From contig MU004230.1 of the NCBI GenBank assembly GCA_010405405.1, positions 530,627-594,626 on the forward strand: a DNA stretch of 64,000 bases. Direction: 5' to 3'. Made by a program: the position numbers and the translations under genes. The DNA is from Microthyrium microscopicum (lineage: Eukaryota). Below, one piece after another: positions 39,500-52,539 of the stretch (its first letter is position 1; each line of letters starts with the position of its first letter). The notes beneath the pieces are model-generated. The model made no database searches. It was not told the origin of the DNA and saw only the letters and a program-made list of their open reading frames with translations.

Positions 39500-42400
39500 T
39501 AGCCTAAAGTTACTAATTATATATATTACTAACTTATGCGTAGTTAATCCTTATATAAATTAGTATTACTAATTAAAGGAATATAAGAATATTCCTTAAT
39601 AAGAAAGATAAGAATATAAATATTATTAAATATAATACTAAGTAGAACTTATAATAAGTATACTATTAATTATGCTTACTATTAATAACGTTTATCTAAT
39701 AGACTAGCCCTCTTAAGTAACTAGCCATTTATATAGACGTCTATATAGAGGCTACTAAAGACTTCTCCCTTAATAGTAAAGTACTTAGATAGAGTATTAA
39801 CGCTAATAAAGTTATAAAATTTCTTCTTCTTAAATTAAAAGTAGTAATATTAATATTATAAAGTAAATACTAGGCATTTAGGAACTACTTATCTAAATAT
39901 ACTAAACTTACTTATAAAATTATACAATATTTACTTAATTAGTAAAACGTTCTAGTTATAATAAGTATATTACTAACTAAAATCTCCTTTATAGACTCTA
40001 GTTAGGCATAATTTACTAAAGCTTACCTTAAAGTAGTTTTTTAACGTACGCTTTTACTTATAAAGTTAACTTCTTAGTAAATACTACTCTCTTATATCTC
40101 TATAAAAATTCTATAGTATACCTATTAACTCTTACTATAGATTCTTATAGTAATATTTATACTATAATACTAAGTAAGTATTTAGCATTCTCTATAATTA
40201 TATAAATGACTAAAGTAAAGTTAATAAGCTCTTTAACTACTTAAATTAATTAGACTATTATTATTAACCTAACTAAGCTAAACTCTTTTAATTAGTCTTC
40301 TCTTTTCCTAACTAGTATAGAGGCTACTTTAGTCGTTAATAGAGATAAGTAACTAATAATACCTAAATTAATTAACTTAATAAAGATAGACTTACTAAAT
40401 TATTCTTCTTTTTTCCTAGTTAGTATTAATACTAGTTTAGTTATTAATTAAGAAGATTTAATAATAATACTTAGATTAATAAACTTAATAGAGATTAAAT
40501 TAGCTAAAGCTCTATTAGTCCTCTTAGTTAATGCTAATTATAGTCTAGTTATTAATTAGTTTAATTTAATAATACTTCTTAAGGTAATAAGTAAGTTATA
40601 TATACTAATAAACTCCTAGCTAGATCTAACTATAAATTACTACTTTAATAAATAGTAGACGTATCTAATTAATCTTATAAGTATCCTAATTATAGTAATG
40701 AGATTTNNNNNNNNNNATTAATTAACTTAATAGAGATAGACTTACTAGATTACTCTTCTTTTCTCCTAGTTAGCATTAATACTAGTCTAGTTATTAATTA
40801 AGAAGATTTAATAATAATACCTAGATTAATAGACTTAATAGAGATTTAATTAGCTAAAGCTCTACTAGTCCTCCTAATTAATGCTAATTATAGTCTAGTT
40901 ATTAATTAGTTTAGTTTAATAATACTTCCTAAGGTAATAAGTAAGTTATGTCTACTAATAGACTCCTAGCTAGATCTAACTATAAATTACTACTTTAATA
41001 AATAGTAGACGTATCTAATTAATCTTATAAGTATCCTAATTATAGTAATGAGATTTATAGCTAATTCTTATAATTTATTAGCCTTTAGATATAGTCTTAT
41101 TGCTAAAAGTATATAATAATTATATATATATTAATTACGCTATAAGAGTAAGTATAGGCATAGTTACTAATATAATAAAGCTTAATACTCTCTACCCTTA
41201 TCTTAAGATTTATATACCTTTTAGGAATATAACTAAGATATATAATAACTATCTCTATCTATAGTATAATAGTAGTTTACTCTATAGGCCTTATGAATAT
41301 TATTATCTCTACGACGCGCTAAGAAACGTTAATATTTTAAATTACGTAAGTATAAGTTTAGAGACTAGTACTTTTAAGATAATCTTACTACTATAATATC
41401 TATATACTATGTACGTTCCTCCCTAAATTATATTTATTAGATTCTAATACTATTATAGTAGAAATTAAATATAAGAATTAAGAGAGTATTAATTTATTTT
41501 ATATAATTTATAGTTTAAGAAGTTTTAGTATTATATAGCATTCTAGCTATATATTAATTAAGTATTAAAAAAATTATAGGATTAGGTTTTAGGTATGCTT
41601 AGCAATATATAAGATCTAAATATTAGATTTAATACGAAAAAGAAGGAAGGATATATAAACTAGAGATATTAGTAGGATTTTAGTAATCTTTAATTATTCT
41701 CTAGGTCTCTCTCTTTAATAGCTTAGGAAGGAAAGTATTAAGAATTTTATTAATTAATATATTATATACTATAATAGTTATAAAATTGCTATTTACTACT
41801 ACCTATAAACTATCTATAGCTTAGCTAAGTAGATTTAGACCTTATTTAACTATCTATTTAAGTAGTTCTATATATTCTATTTTCTTCTTAGATAACTTAG
41901 CTTTAGATATAAATAGTTTGTTAATTAGGCCTAATATAAAAAACGTATCTTAAGATTTACTTCTTAATAGTATATTACTAAGTAAAATTTAATTACGCTT
42001 TAAAAGGCTAGTATTAGGAGACAACTAAGATTTACCTTTAATAGACTTAATAATATTTAGATTATTATTTATAAAGAAGTTGTCTTCTAGTCTATATATA
42101 CCAAAATTATTCTAAACGTAAGGATCTTATATTTCTAAGCTTTACTATACCTTACCTTTATTAGTAAAGTAGTAATTAATAAGTAATTTATAACGCTTTC
42201 TATTTTCTAGGTAGGTATATAGAATATTAGGCTTATAGAGATATAAAAGACCTTTCTATTTACTATCTTTATAGAATTATAAAATTATTTCTAAATACTT
42301 ATTAATATAAGTAGGGACTATGCTAAGATACTTAATATTATAAGATTCTTATATAATAAAGCTATTATATTTAATCTTATCCTAATTAAGAGCATTAGCT

Positions 42401-42950
42401 TTATCTTAAGTCTTTTTATTATAAAGAGTTAGGCTTTAAACGTTTAGCTAGTTAGTATATAGTAGGTAAGTATTATAGGTAGGAGACTAATTTATATTTA
42501 TTACTTAACTTAATAGTCTATTATCTACTATTATTATAATTATAATTTACTCCTCTAATTAAGGTATTAGAGAGGTACGCTTAGTATTAGGATTAAGTAA
42601 AGTATTAGCTATATCTAGTTTTTATCTATAATTCTTATTTAGTACTAATATTTTAGGTTAAATATTAAGACGTTATTTATAGGTTATTAAATTTATAGTT
42701 TCTTATTAGGCTTAGAATTATATAATAATAGGTAGAAGTCTTTCTTAAATATAGAAAGAGTCTTAAGGAATATTACTAGTATAGGTTATAGAGTTAAGTT
42801 ATAATATAGTCTATAAAGAGTCTAAATATACGTAAGTATTTTTAAGATTAGCTAGTTATAGTTTAGGTAGAGTATTATTAGCTACCTCTTAAGCCTATTA
42901 TATAAGATCTTATAGATATTATAAGATAGGCATTAGGTATATTAAAATAA
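39500..42950 (+). pseudogene. Long RIP-degenerated coding relic of unknown family
   Basis: Plus-strand codon-like sequence with RIP-type stops, interrupted by an N-gap with a duplicated overlap. No family recognised. Confidence 0.3.
40367..41056. other. 340-bp direct duplication flanking a 10-N gap (40707-40716)
   Basis: 40367-40706 and 40717-41056 align without gaps. They differ almost entirely by C/T and G/A transitions in the 5' part and are identical near the 3' end. Confidence 0.9.
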
Positions 42951-43599
42951 TAAATAGGTAATTAGGATATATAAGTAGAATATAGTTAGTTAAAGAGTAG
43001 AGAAAGTATTTAGAATTAAACTATTAGTAGTTATAAACTCGTAGTATAAATATAATAGAATTTTATAGAGTTTATTAATATTAGATAATTTATTATAACG
43101 TTAGAGTATTATTATAAAGATATTAGCTTAATAGTAGTAGATTATATTAACGTTAGTCTATTATGTTAGTCTATTAGGCTACTTAATAATCCTAAAGCCT
43201 CTATCTAGTTTAGTTAGCAAATATTTAAAAAGATTTAAAAGATTTAACAAACGTTTTAATTAGTTTTAAAAGATTTAGCAAACCTTTTAATTAGATTTCA
43301 TACCTTTTAAGCTTAAATAAAAGTATTAAGGACGTTTAACGTTAATTACTAGAGTAATAAGCATAGCATATTAATCTAAATTAACTATACCTATAACTTA
43401 CTAGATACTATATTCTATTTAAGTTCTATAACTAAGGTTAAGAATATTATAAGAAACTAATATGTTAGCTTCTTTTATATTTAATATTAGGTTACGTATA
43501 TTATAGTAAGCGTTATTAGAAAGATAGCTCTTATTAATTACGCTTATTATAACCTTAATTACGTTAACGTACTTTAATATCTAAACCTATATAATCCTT

Positions 43600-45120
43600 T
43601 TTGGCCTAAGGTTATAATAAAAAAAAGAGTAGTATAAATAATATAGTAGCTACACCTTATATTAAAGGCTATAAATAATAAGATAAATAAAATAAATTAA
43701 ATAAAGTAACGAAAAGTAGAAGGAATAGTTAAGTAGACTTATAATAAATCTAATAAAGAAATAATAGACTTATACCTTACCTTTTAAATAAAGAATATTA
43801 ATTAACTAATAAAGTAGATATTATAAAGTTAAGATAAGGCGTATCTTAATAAGTAAAGAGAATCTATAATACTAATAGATAGATATACCTATAATATTTA
43901 AAGAGCATATTTCTTATTTACTTAAATAGAAGATTATTAATATCTTAGCTAAATTTAAGAAAAATCCTAGCGTACGCTATAACTTATAATAGTTAGAGAG
44001 AATAAAGAACTAGAGGTCTTTATTCTTAATATTAGCTCTTATTATTTTAGATTAATTAAAAGTTAAAGTAGTATAAATTAACGTTAAATATGCTATTAGC
44101 GTATTTGCTATTAACCTAATTGTATATAATTAAAATAACTTAATTTTAGTTAGGACTTAAAACTAAATAAGGTAGTAGGCTATAAATATTCTCTAAGTTT
44201 TTAAAGTAGAGAGTTAGTTATTAAGTTATTTAATAGACACTACTTAATAAAGAAGACTATTTATATAAATAATATATAATTTAGATTATATATAAGAAAT
44301 AGAGTAGTAGGCTAGCATTTTATCTAGTATACTAGTATAAAAGAATATCTTAAGCAATACTTATTATTTTAAGAAGTATTTTTAGGTATTAACTAAGTGC
44401 TTTAATCTTTAAGCGTAAGAATACTTAGAATATTAAGTTTATTAGCAATATAAAGATTAGGGGATTAATATTAATTAGTTAATATAACTAACTAAAGTCT
44501 ATATATTTTAAGTATAGCTAATTAGTAAGGAATAAATAAAATACTTAGTATTTAACCTATTTCTATTAGGTTAAAAGGAATTAATAAGATAATTATAATT
44601 ATAGGATAGTAATTAGGCGTTTAAATAGCTATTACTTACTACAAGCTTTTAAGACGAAGGAAACTTAAAAATATTTTTAGAACTTGCTATTTCTTAGTTT
44701 TACTTTAGTTAATCTTAGAAAGATAATTTATATTTAGATATTACTTAATTAGTTAAGGGTTAGTATATAGATAAGATATTAATAGCACTTAATATTTACT
44801 AACTAAGTAAATAATAAACTAAATAATATAATATAATAATTTTTTCTTAAGGTAAAAAAATTATGCCTTTTTATTTAGCATAGCTACTATCTTTTAATAA
44901 ATTCTATACTTATTAATCTATTGTTCTAAGCTAAGAGTTTATCTTATAATTAAGTAAAGCAAACTTAATTAATAAGATTCTAATAAACTCTCCTTAAGAA
45001 CGCTATAGACTATTAATTAAGCTTATCTATAGTACCTTAGCATAGTAATACGCTTTCTAAAGATAAAGTAGGAGGATAATAGGTAGAATATTATTAATTT
45101 AAAGGTATATATAAAGTAGT
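43600..45120 (+). pseudogene. RIP-degenerated coding relic of unknown family
   Basis: Purine-rich plus strand with a continuous protein-like frame, downstream of a repeat array at 43220-43330. No family recognised. Confidence 0.3.
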
Positions 45121-45461
45121 ATATTTTTTAGTAAATAAAAATATTTAGGTAAGTAGTAAGCTTATTAATATTAGGACGTATTAAAGGTTTTAATAATATA
45201 AACTAAATAGATATTTAGTTAGTATTAACTACGTCATAACGCTTCTCTTAATAATACTAAATTAAATTAAACTTTTACCTACTCTTTATTATTTACCTCT
45301 TATTATACTATATCTTCTTATATATTAAACTACTATATTAGAAATTTAGAATAATTAAATATTATATCCCCCTAAAGCTTTAGAAAGTAGTAAAGCTAAA
45401 CGTATATAGCACTAAGCAAAGATTAATATTATTATTAAAAAGATTTAAAGATTTGCTAGTA

Positions 45462-47530
45462 ATGCCCTATCGCTATTCTTTTATATTATAACTAATTCTA
45501 TAGTATAATAAATTTTTACCTAATACTAATGTTTATATTAAGATAGAGATTAAGTAATTTAGTAAGCCTATATATAATTTCCTTATAATAATTAAAGGAG
45601 AGATTAAATAAGAAGAGTTTAATAACTAGCCTTATAAAGAGTATTTAATATATAATAAGACATATAATTATAATATAACTACGTAAGTAGTTAAAAGGCC
45701 TAAGAAATAGATATAATATTAAATTATACTAATATATATATCTATATTTTAACGTTTATAGTATTAAGGTTATCTTAAATACTACTAAGGCTCTCTAAAC
45801 TAGACGCTTATATATATATTCTAATACCTTAACATTATCTTAATAGATATACTTAACTACCTAGACTAAAGTAATATAAAGTTATATAGTACTATAGTAA
45901 CAGAATTATCTAGAGTATATACAAATATAGTTAGCTTTATTAAGGAGCTCTACGTAACTAGATAGAAGATAATAATAGTATAATTAGAAGTTCTATATAA
46001 CGTAATACTTAGTACGTAATTAATAATAAGATTAATAGGACTAGCTTTATAATACTAGAATAGGGTTATATCCTTATATATTTAAATAGATATTTAATAC
46101 AAACCTATAATTAGACTATTTATATATTAATAACTACTACCTTTATATTATAGTTAGTATATCTTATTATAAAATCTAGCATAAAGAGTTAGACTATAAG
46201 ATAGTAAGTACTAACTCTATACTAATTAATATTATTATATTAAAATATAGTAGTAATCTAATAAAAGTTTTTAAGAATATCTAATATTTATAGTAACTTA
46301 GCTAGAAGGTTAGAATAATACTAGTTATTCTACTAGTATACTAAGTATTTAACGCGATTCTTTTTACTTCCCTTCTTTATTATCTTTTTAGTATCTAAAT
46401 TTAGTTTATTTAATTTATAGGAATACTACCCTAAGAAAATAAAGATACTATCTTTAATTATATTATAATTAGTACTATTAAACGTATTAATAATATAACG
46501 TAATAGTACTTTATATATCCTAATTATTATAATAAACCTACTAAAAATGCTATTAGTATATAACTATAATAGTAGATAATTTAATAGTTAGAAGTATACT
46601 ATTCTTTAACCTTAGGATAGAAATATAAGAAAGTCTTATTTACTAACTTATATACTATAAGTATATAGAACGCCTACTTATAAAATTAATAGAAGTTAGA
46701 ACTCCTATTTATAAAATTATATTTATTTATTATAGCTAAGTACTAGAATCTTAATATTATATAGAGTTAACTTTTAGTAATTACTTATTTAGTACGCCTA
46801 CTATAAAAATATAGAAGTTTTAAAACTCTTACTAGCTAAAAGTTTAATACGTAGCTTAGCTAAAAGTTTATAGATATATAATGCTATTCTTAGTAGCTAG
46901 TTATAGATTATTTATCCTTTCTACTTAAATTAACTATAATCTATTAATTATACTTAACTATGCTTATTATAAGTATATAGTACTAATTATTTAAGTTCTT
47001 ATCTAGTAGGAGCACTATAATATTTATAGATAAGGAGAATATAATAGGTATAGGGTAGGTAAAGAAAGAAGTAAGGATTTATATAGTAGTAGTTTATATA
47101 TTAAGAAGAAGTAAAGTATTAAAGATAATAGATAAACGTAATATAGGTTTACTAATAAAGATCTTAGATTAAATAGTAAAAAAAGTAAGTAATAACTATT
47201 AAAATAGGACTAGCTAATATTTAATATAGTATTAAACTTACTATTAATTAATAATACGCTAAAGAATAAGTAAATATAAATAAAATAATAATAAGTTAGT
47301 AGATTAGTAATTCTATAATAAGAATAGAGGTAAGAATACTATACTAAGTCTAACTCTTATAAGTTATAGAGAAAAGGATAGAGTAGTAAAAATATAGTAA
47401 GTCTATAGAAGGATATAAAAAAATAAACTAAATAAATAAAGCTAATAGTATATATTTTATAAAAGATATTAAAATAGTAGTAGTTAAAATAATATAGAGT
47501 AAGTAGCTCTTACTTAATAAGGTATAATTT
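45462..47530 (+). pseudogene. RIP-degenerated intron-containing coding relic of unknown family
   Basis: Surviving ATG CCC TAT CGC at 45462, a GTAAGT donor at 45683 with a TAG acceptor at ~45761, then a long frame with RIP-type stops and a charged C-terminal region. Confidence 0.35.
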
Positions 47531-48037
47531 ATCTAGATAGATATTTCTATTAGTATTTAAACCTTTACTAACTATTAAACGTTATAAGACTTTACTTTAT
47601 TTATCCTAGATTTTTAATATTTTAATAACGTTTAATTAGTCCTAACTTATAATAATAATAAAATTCTTATTATAGGATATAAATACTAACTTTATACTTT
47701 TTATTGTCTATATAGTTATTTTACTTCTATTTTATACTATAAAGTTACTATAATATCTAAGGTTATTATACTAGAAATATAGTAAAATTAAGTAGTTAAA
47801 TAATAAGTATTTAGTTATATCTTCTAGATTAGGTAGAAATAGTAAATAGTAATGCTTTATATATTTATAAAGGATATAATTAATAAGTATATATATTAGA
47901 TATAAAAGTAAAAGAGTACTAAGATTAATATAGTTATAAAGAACTAAGGAAAGAATATAGTATTAAGTAAGCTATTAAAACTATTTAGTAATACCTAGCA
48001 TAATAATAATAGAGAAGACTTTATTATACTAACTTAA

Positions 48038-48782
48038 TAGATAATAAAGATAGCATCCCTAAGTTAAATCTATCTTAGTATACTTTTAAGAACTACTACC
48101 TAGCTAATAAAGATACTATCCCTAGATTAAAACTAGCATAGCTATTTTAAAGAACTACTATATAACTAATATAAATACTATCTTTAGATTAAAACTAACG
48201 CAACTATTTTTAATTAATATAAATTAGCTAATAAAGAAACTATCCCTAGATTAAAACTAACGTAACTATTTTTAAGTAACACAATATAGCTAACAAAGAA
48301 ACTATCCCTAGATCAAAACTAATGCGACTATTTTTAAGCAATATAATATAGCTAATAAAGAAACTATTCCTAAATCAAAATCGTTGTAGCTATTTTTAAG
48401 CGATATAATATAGCTAACAAAGAAACTATCCCTAAATTAAAACCACTATAGTCATTTTTAAATGATATAATATAGCTAACGAAAAAACTATACCTAAATT
48501 AAAACTATCGTAACTATTTTTAAGCGACATAATATAGCTAATAAAGAAACTATCCCTAAATTAAAACTATTATAGCTATTTTTAAGCAACACGATATAGC
48601 TAATAAAGAAACTATCCCTAAATTAAAACTACTATAGCCATTTTTAAACGACATAATATAGCTAATAAAGAAACTATACCTAAATTAAAACTACTATAGC
48701 TATTTTTAAACGACACGATATAGCTAATAAAGAAACTATACCTAAATTAAAACTACTATAGCCTTTTTAAATATATATTATA
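48038..48782. repeat. 62-bp minisatellite, 12 units
   Basis: Unit ~TAGCTAATAAAGAAACTATCCCTAAATTAAAACTACTATAGCTATTTTTAAACGACACGATA. Starts at 48038, 48101, 48163, 48225, 48287, 48349, 48411, 48473, 48535, 48597, 48659 and 48721. Confidence 0.92.
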
Positions 48783-50793
48783 TAAGTAGCGCAGCTAATA
48801 CTAATACGTTAGATTCTAAAGAGTAATTTTTAAGAGGCACTTATCTAATTATATAATTAGTATAAATACTTACTAACTACGCAAGATTTTAGCCTTTAAG
48901 AGAATACACTATATATATTTTATATACTATATAGAAATATATCTTCTTTACTTATATTTAGGATATATACTCTATCTAACGTAAATATATTTAGATATTT
49001 ATAATACCTTAGTAAATAAATAGGAAGTAATTAGTAGATATAGAATATAGTAAAAGTCTATATAATATATAAGTATANNNNNNNNNNNNNNNNNNNNNNN
49101 NNNNNNNNNNNNNNNNNTTTTTACTTCTCTTCTTTATTATCTTTTTAGTATTTAAATTTAGTTTATTTAATTTATAGAAATACTACCCTAAAAAAATAAA
49201 AATATTATCTTTAATTATATTATAATTAGTACTATTAAACGTGTTAACAATATAATATAATAGTACTTATATATCCTAATTACTATAATAAACCTACTAA
49301 AAATGCTATTAGTATATAACTATAATAATAAATAATCTAATAGTTAGAGGTATACTATTCTTTAATCCTAGAATAGAAATATAAGAAAGTTTTATTTACT
49401 AACTTATATACTATAAGTATATAGAATACCTACTTATAAAATTAATAAAAGTTAGAACTCTTACTTATAAAATTATATTTATCTATTATAGCTAAGTACT
49501 AGAATCTTAATATTATATAGAGCTAACTTTTAGTAATTACTTATTTAGTATACTTACTATAAAAATATAAAAGTTTTAGAACTTCTATTAGCTAAAAGTT
49601 TAATACGTAGCTTAGCTAAAAGTTTATAGATATATAATGCTATTCTTAATAGCTAGTTATAGGTTATTTATCCTTTCTACCTAAATTAACTATAATCTAT
49701 TAGTTATACTTAACTATACTTATTATAGATATATAGTACTAATTATCTAAGTTCTTATTTAGTAAAGGTACTATAATATTTATAAGTAAGAAGAGTATAA
49801 TAGATATAGGGTAGGTAAAGAGAGGAGTAAAGATTTATATAGTAGTAGTTTATACGTTAGAAAGAAGCAAAGTATTAAATATAGTAAATAAACGTAATAT
49901 AGGTCTACTAATAAAGGTTTTAAATTAAATAGTAAAAAAGATAAGTAATAACTATTAAAATAAGACTAGCTAACATTTAATATAGTATTAAACTTACTAT
50001 TAATTAATAATATGCTAAAGAATAAGCAAATATAAATAAAATAATAATAAGTTAGCTAATAAGCAATTCTATAAAGAGAATAGAGATAAGAACATAGTAC
50101 TAAGTTTAACTCTTATAAGTTATAAAGAAAAAGATAGAGTAGTAAAAATATAGTAAGTATATAGAAGGATATAAAAAGATAAACTAGATAAATAAAGCTA
50201 ATAATATATATCTTATAAAAGATATTAATATAGTAATAATTAAGATAACGTAAAGTAAGTAGCTCTTACTTAATAAGGTATAATTTATTTAGATAAACGT
50301 TTCTATTAGTATTTAAACCTTTACTAACTATTAAATATTATAAGACTTTACCTTATTTATCTTAGATTTTTAATATTTTAATAACGTTTAATTAGTCCTA
50401 ACCTATAATAATAATAAAATTCCTATTATAAAATATAAATACTAACTTTATACTCTATATTATCTATATAGTTATTTTGCTTCTACTTTATACTATAAAG
50501 TTATTATAATATTTAAGGTTATTATACTAGAAATATAGTAAAATTAAGTAATTAAATAATAAGTATTTAGTTATATCTTCTAAATTAGGTAAAAATAGTA
50601 AATAGCAATACTTTATATATTTATAAAGGATATAATTAACGAGTATATATATTAAATATAGAAGTAGAAGAGTACTAAGATTAATATAGTTATAAAGAAC
50701 TAAGGAAAGAATATAGTATTAAGCAAGCTATTAAAACTATTTAGTAATACCTAATATAGTAATAATAAAGAAGACTTTATTATACTAACTTAA

Positions 50794-51352
50794 TAGATAA
50801 TAAAGATAGCATCCCTAAGTTAAATCTATCTTAATATACTTTTAAGAGCTACTACTTAGCTAATAAAGACACTATCTTTAAATTAAAATTAGTATAGCTA
50901 TTTTAGAGAACTATTATATAACTAACGTAAATACTATCTCTAGATTAAAACTAATATAACTATTTTTAATTAATACTAATTAGCTAATAAAGAAACTATC
51001 CTTAAATTAAAACTAATGCAACTATTTTTAAGCGATATAAATTAGCTAATAAAGAAATCATTCCTAAATTAAAACTACTATAGCTATTTTTAAATGACAC
51101 GATATAGCTAATAAATAAACTATACCTAAATTAAAACTACTATAGCTATTTTTAAACAACACGATATAGCTAATAAAGAAACTATACTTAAATTAAAACT
51201 ATTACAACTATTTTTAAATAATATAATATAGCTAACAAAGAAACTATACCTAAATTAAAACCGCTATAGCTATTTTTAAATAACACGATATAGCTAACAA
51301 AGAAACTATACCTAAATTAAAACTACTATAGCTTTTTTAAATATACATTATA
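50794..51352. repeat. 62-bp minisatellite, 9 units (second copy)
   Basis: Starts at 50794, 50857, 50919, 50981, 51043, 51105, 51167, 51229 and 51291; same unit as the 48-kb array. Confidence 0.92.
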
Positions 51353-51897
51353 TAAGTAGTATAACTAATACTAATACGTTAGATTCTAAGGAGTAATTTT
51401 TAAAAAGCACTTATTTAACTATATAATTAGTATAAATACTTACTAACTATATAAGATTTTAGCCTTTAAGAGAATATACTATATATATTTTATATACTAT
51501 ATAGAAATATGTCTTCTTTATTTATATCTAAGACGTATACTCTATTTAACGTAAATATATTTAGATATTTATAATATCTTAGTAAATAAATAAGAAGTAA
51601 TTAGCAAATATAGAATATAGTAAAAGTCTATATAATATATAAGTATATTCCTTAAAGTATAGCTATTTATATAAGGTACGTTATAAGATTCTATATATTA
51701 AAAAGGCTAAGATATACTAATATATTAGAAGTAATACTATAGATTATATATTTCTAAATTATTTACTATATCTATAATAAGTATAAGAATAAGGATAAGC
51801 CTACTTACTAAAGTATTTAAATTATAAAAGGATAATTAAAATTAGAAATAAAGAATAATATAAGTTATATATAAAAACTAAACCTTAAGTAAGTATA

Positions 51898-52123
51898 TGT
51901 AACGAGCTGCGGAACTCAAGTGAGCAGATAATTAGATTGTATTCTAGAATCTATGAATAGGAGAGAGAGAGAAGAAGATCTAGAAGAGCTGTAGATCTAC
52001 GAGGGAAGTAAGTTTGCTTGGCAGATCCTTAGGCGTACTAACCCCCTTAGGTCTAGTGCGTAATCTTATAATAAGATCTCTCTTATAATACTATTGTAAA
52101 GCCTATAAGGAGGAATTATTATA
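51898..52123 (-). repeat. 3' LTR of the Gypsy element
   Basis: Starts TGTAACGAGCTGCGGAAC and ends AGGAATTATTATA (RIP of ...ATCATCACA). Aligns to 59324-59549 with transition differences. Confidence 0.93.
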
Positions 52124-52189
52124 TGACCCTCCTCTTTAGCATAGCTCTCTAGGCTATAGACTACTAATTATATCTACTTTCCTAATCTA

Positions 52190-52243
52190 TTCTATTCTAA
52201 TCTAGTCTAGTCTAGTCTGGTCTAGTTTAGTCTAGTCTAGTCT
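52190..52243. repeat. (TCTAG)n pentanucleotide microsatellite inside the Gypsy 3' UTR
   Basis: TCTAG TCTAG TCTAG TCTGG TCTAG TTTAG TCTAG TCTAG directly visible. Confidence 0.8.
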
Positions 52244-52539
52244 AATAAACTTTTAGTAATAAATGATATTTTGATCCTTCTATGGTGCAATACTAACCTT
52301 ATTAGTCGTTTAAAGCATCTCAACCTCTAGCCTACTAAGGTAACTGTTAAGAAGTATTAACGAACCCTAAGATATCCTTAGAATACTCTGGTTCTTAAGT
52401 CCTAGTAGTCTAGTAATTAGTAGTCCTATTAATATAGGGGAATTAGTAGTATAATTATTTACTCTTCCTAATTAGTAGGAACGTTATTAGAGTTATAATT
52501 AATACCATCGCTAGTAGGCTTTAGTATTGGTAGTATCTA

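Larger units (their letters stand above)
46361..51647. other. ~2.7-kb direct duplication (46361-49077 and 49118-51647) across a 40-N gap (49078-49117)
   Basis: Both copies start TTTTTACTTC(C/T)CTTCTTTATTATC and end TAAAAGTCTATATAATATATAAGTATA. They differ by many transitions and by minisatellite copy number. Confidence 0.9.

Noticed and set aside
48038..51352. 62-bp arrays as a CRISPR array
   Set aside because: Whole units repeat with no unique spacers, the context is eukaryotic and there are no cas genes.
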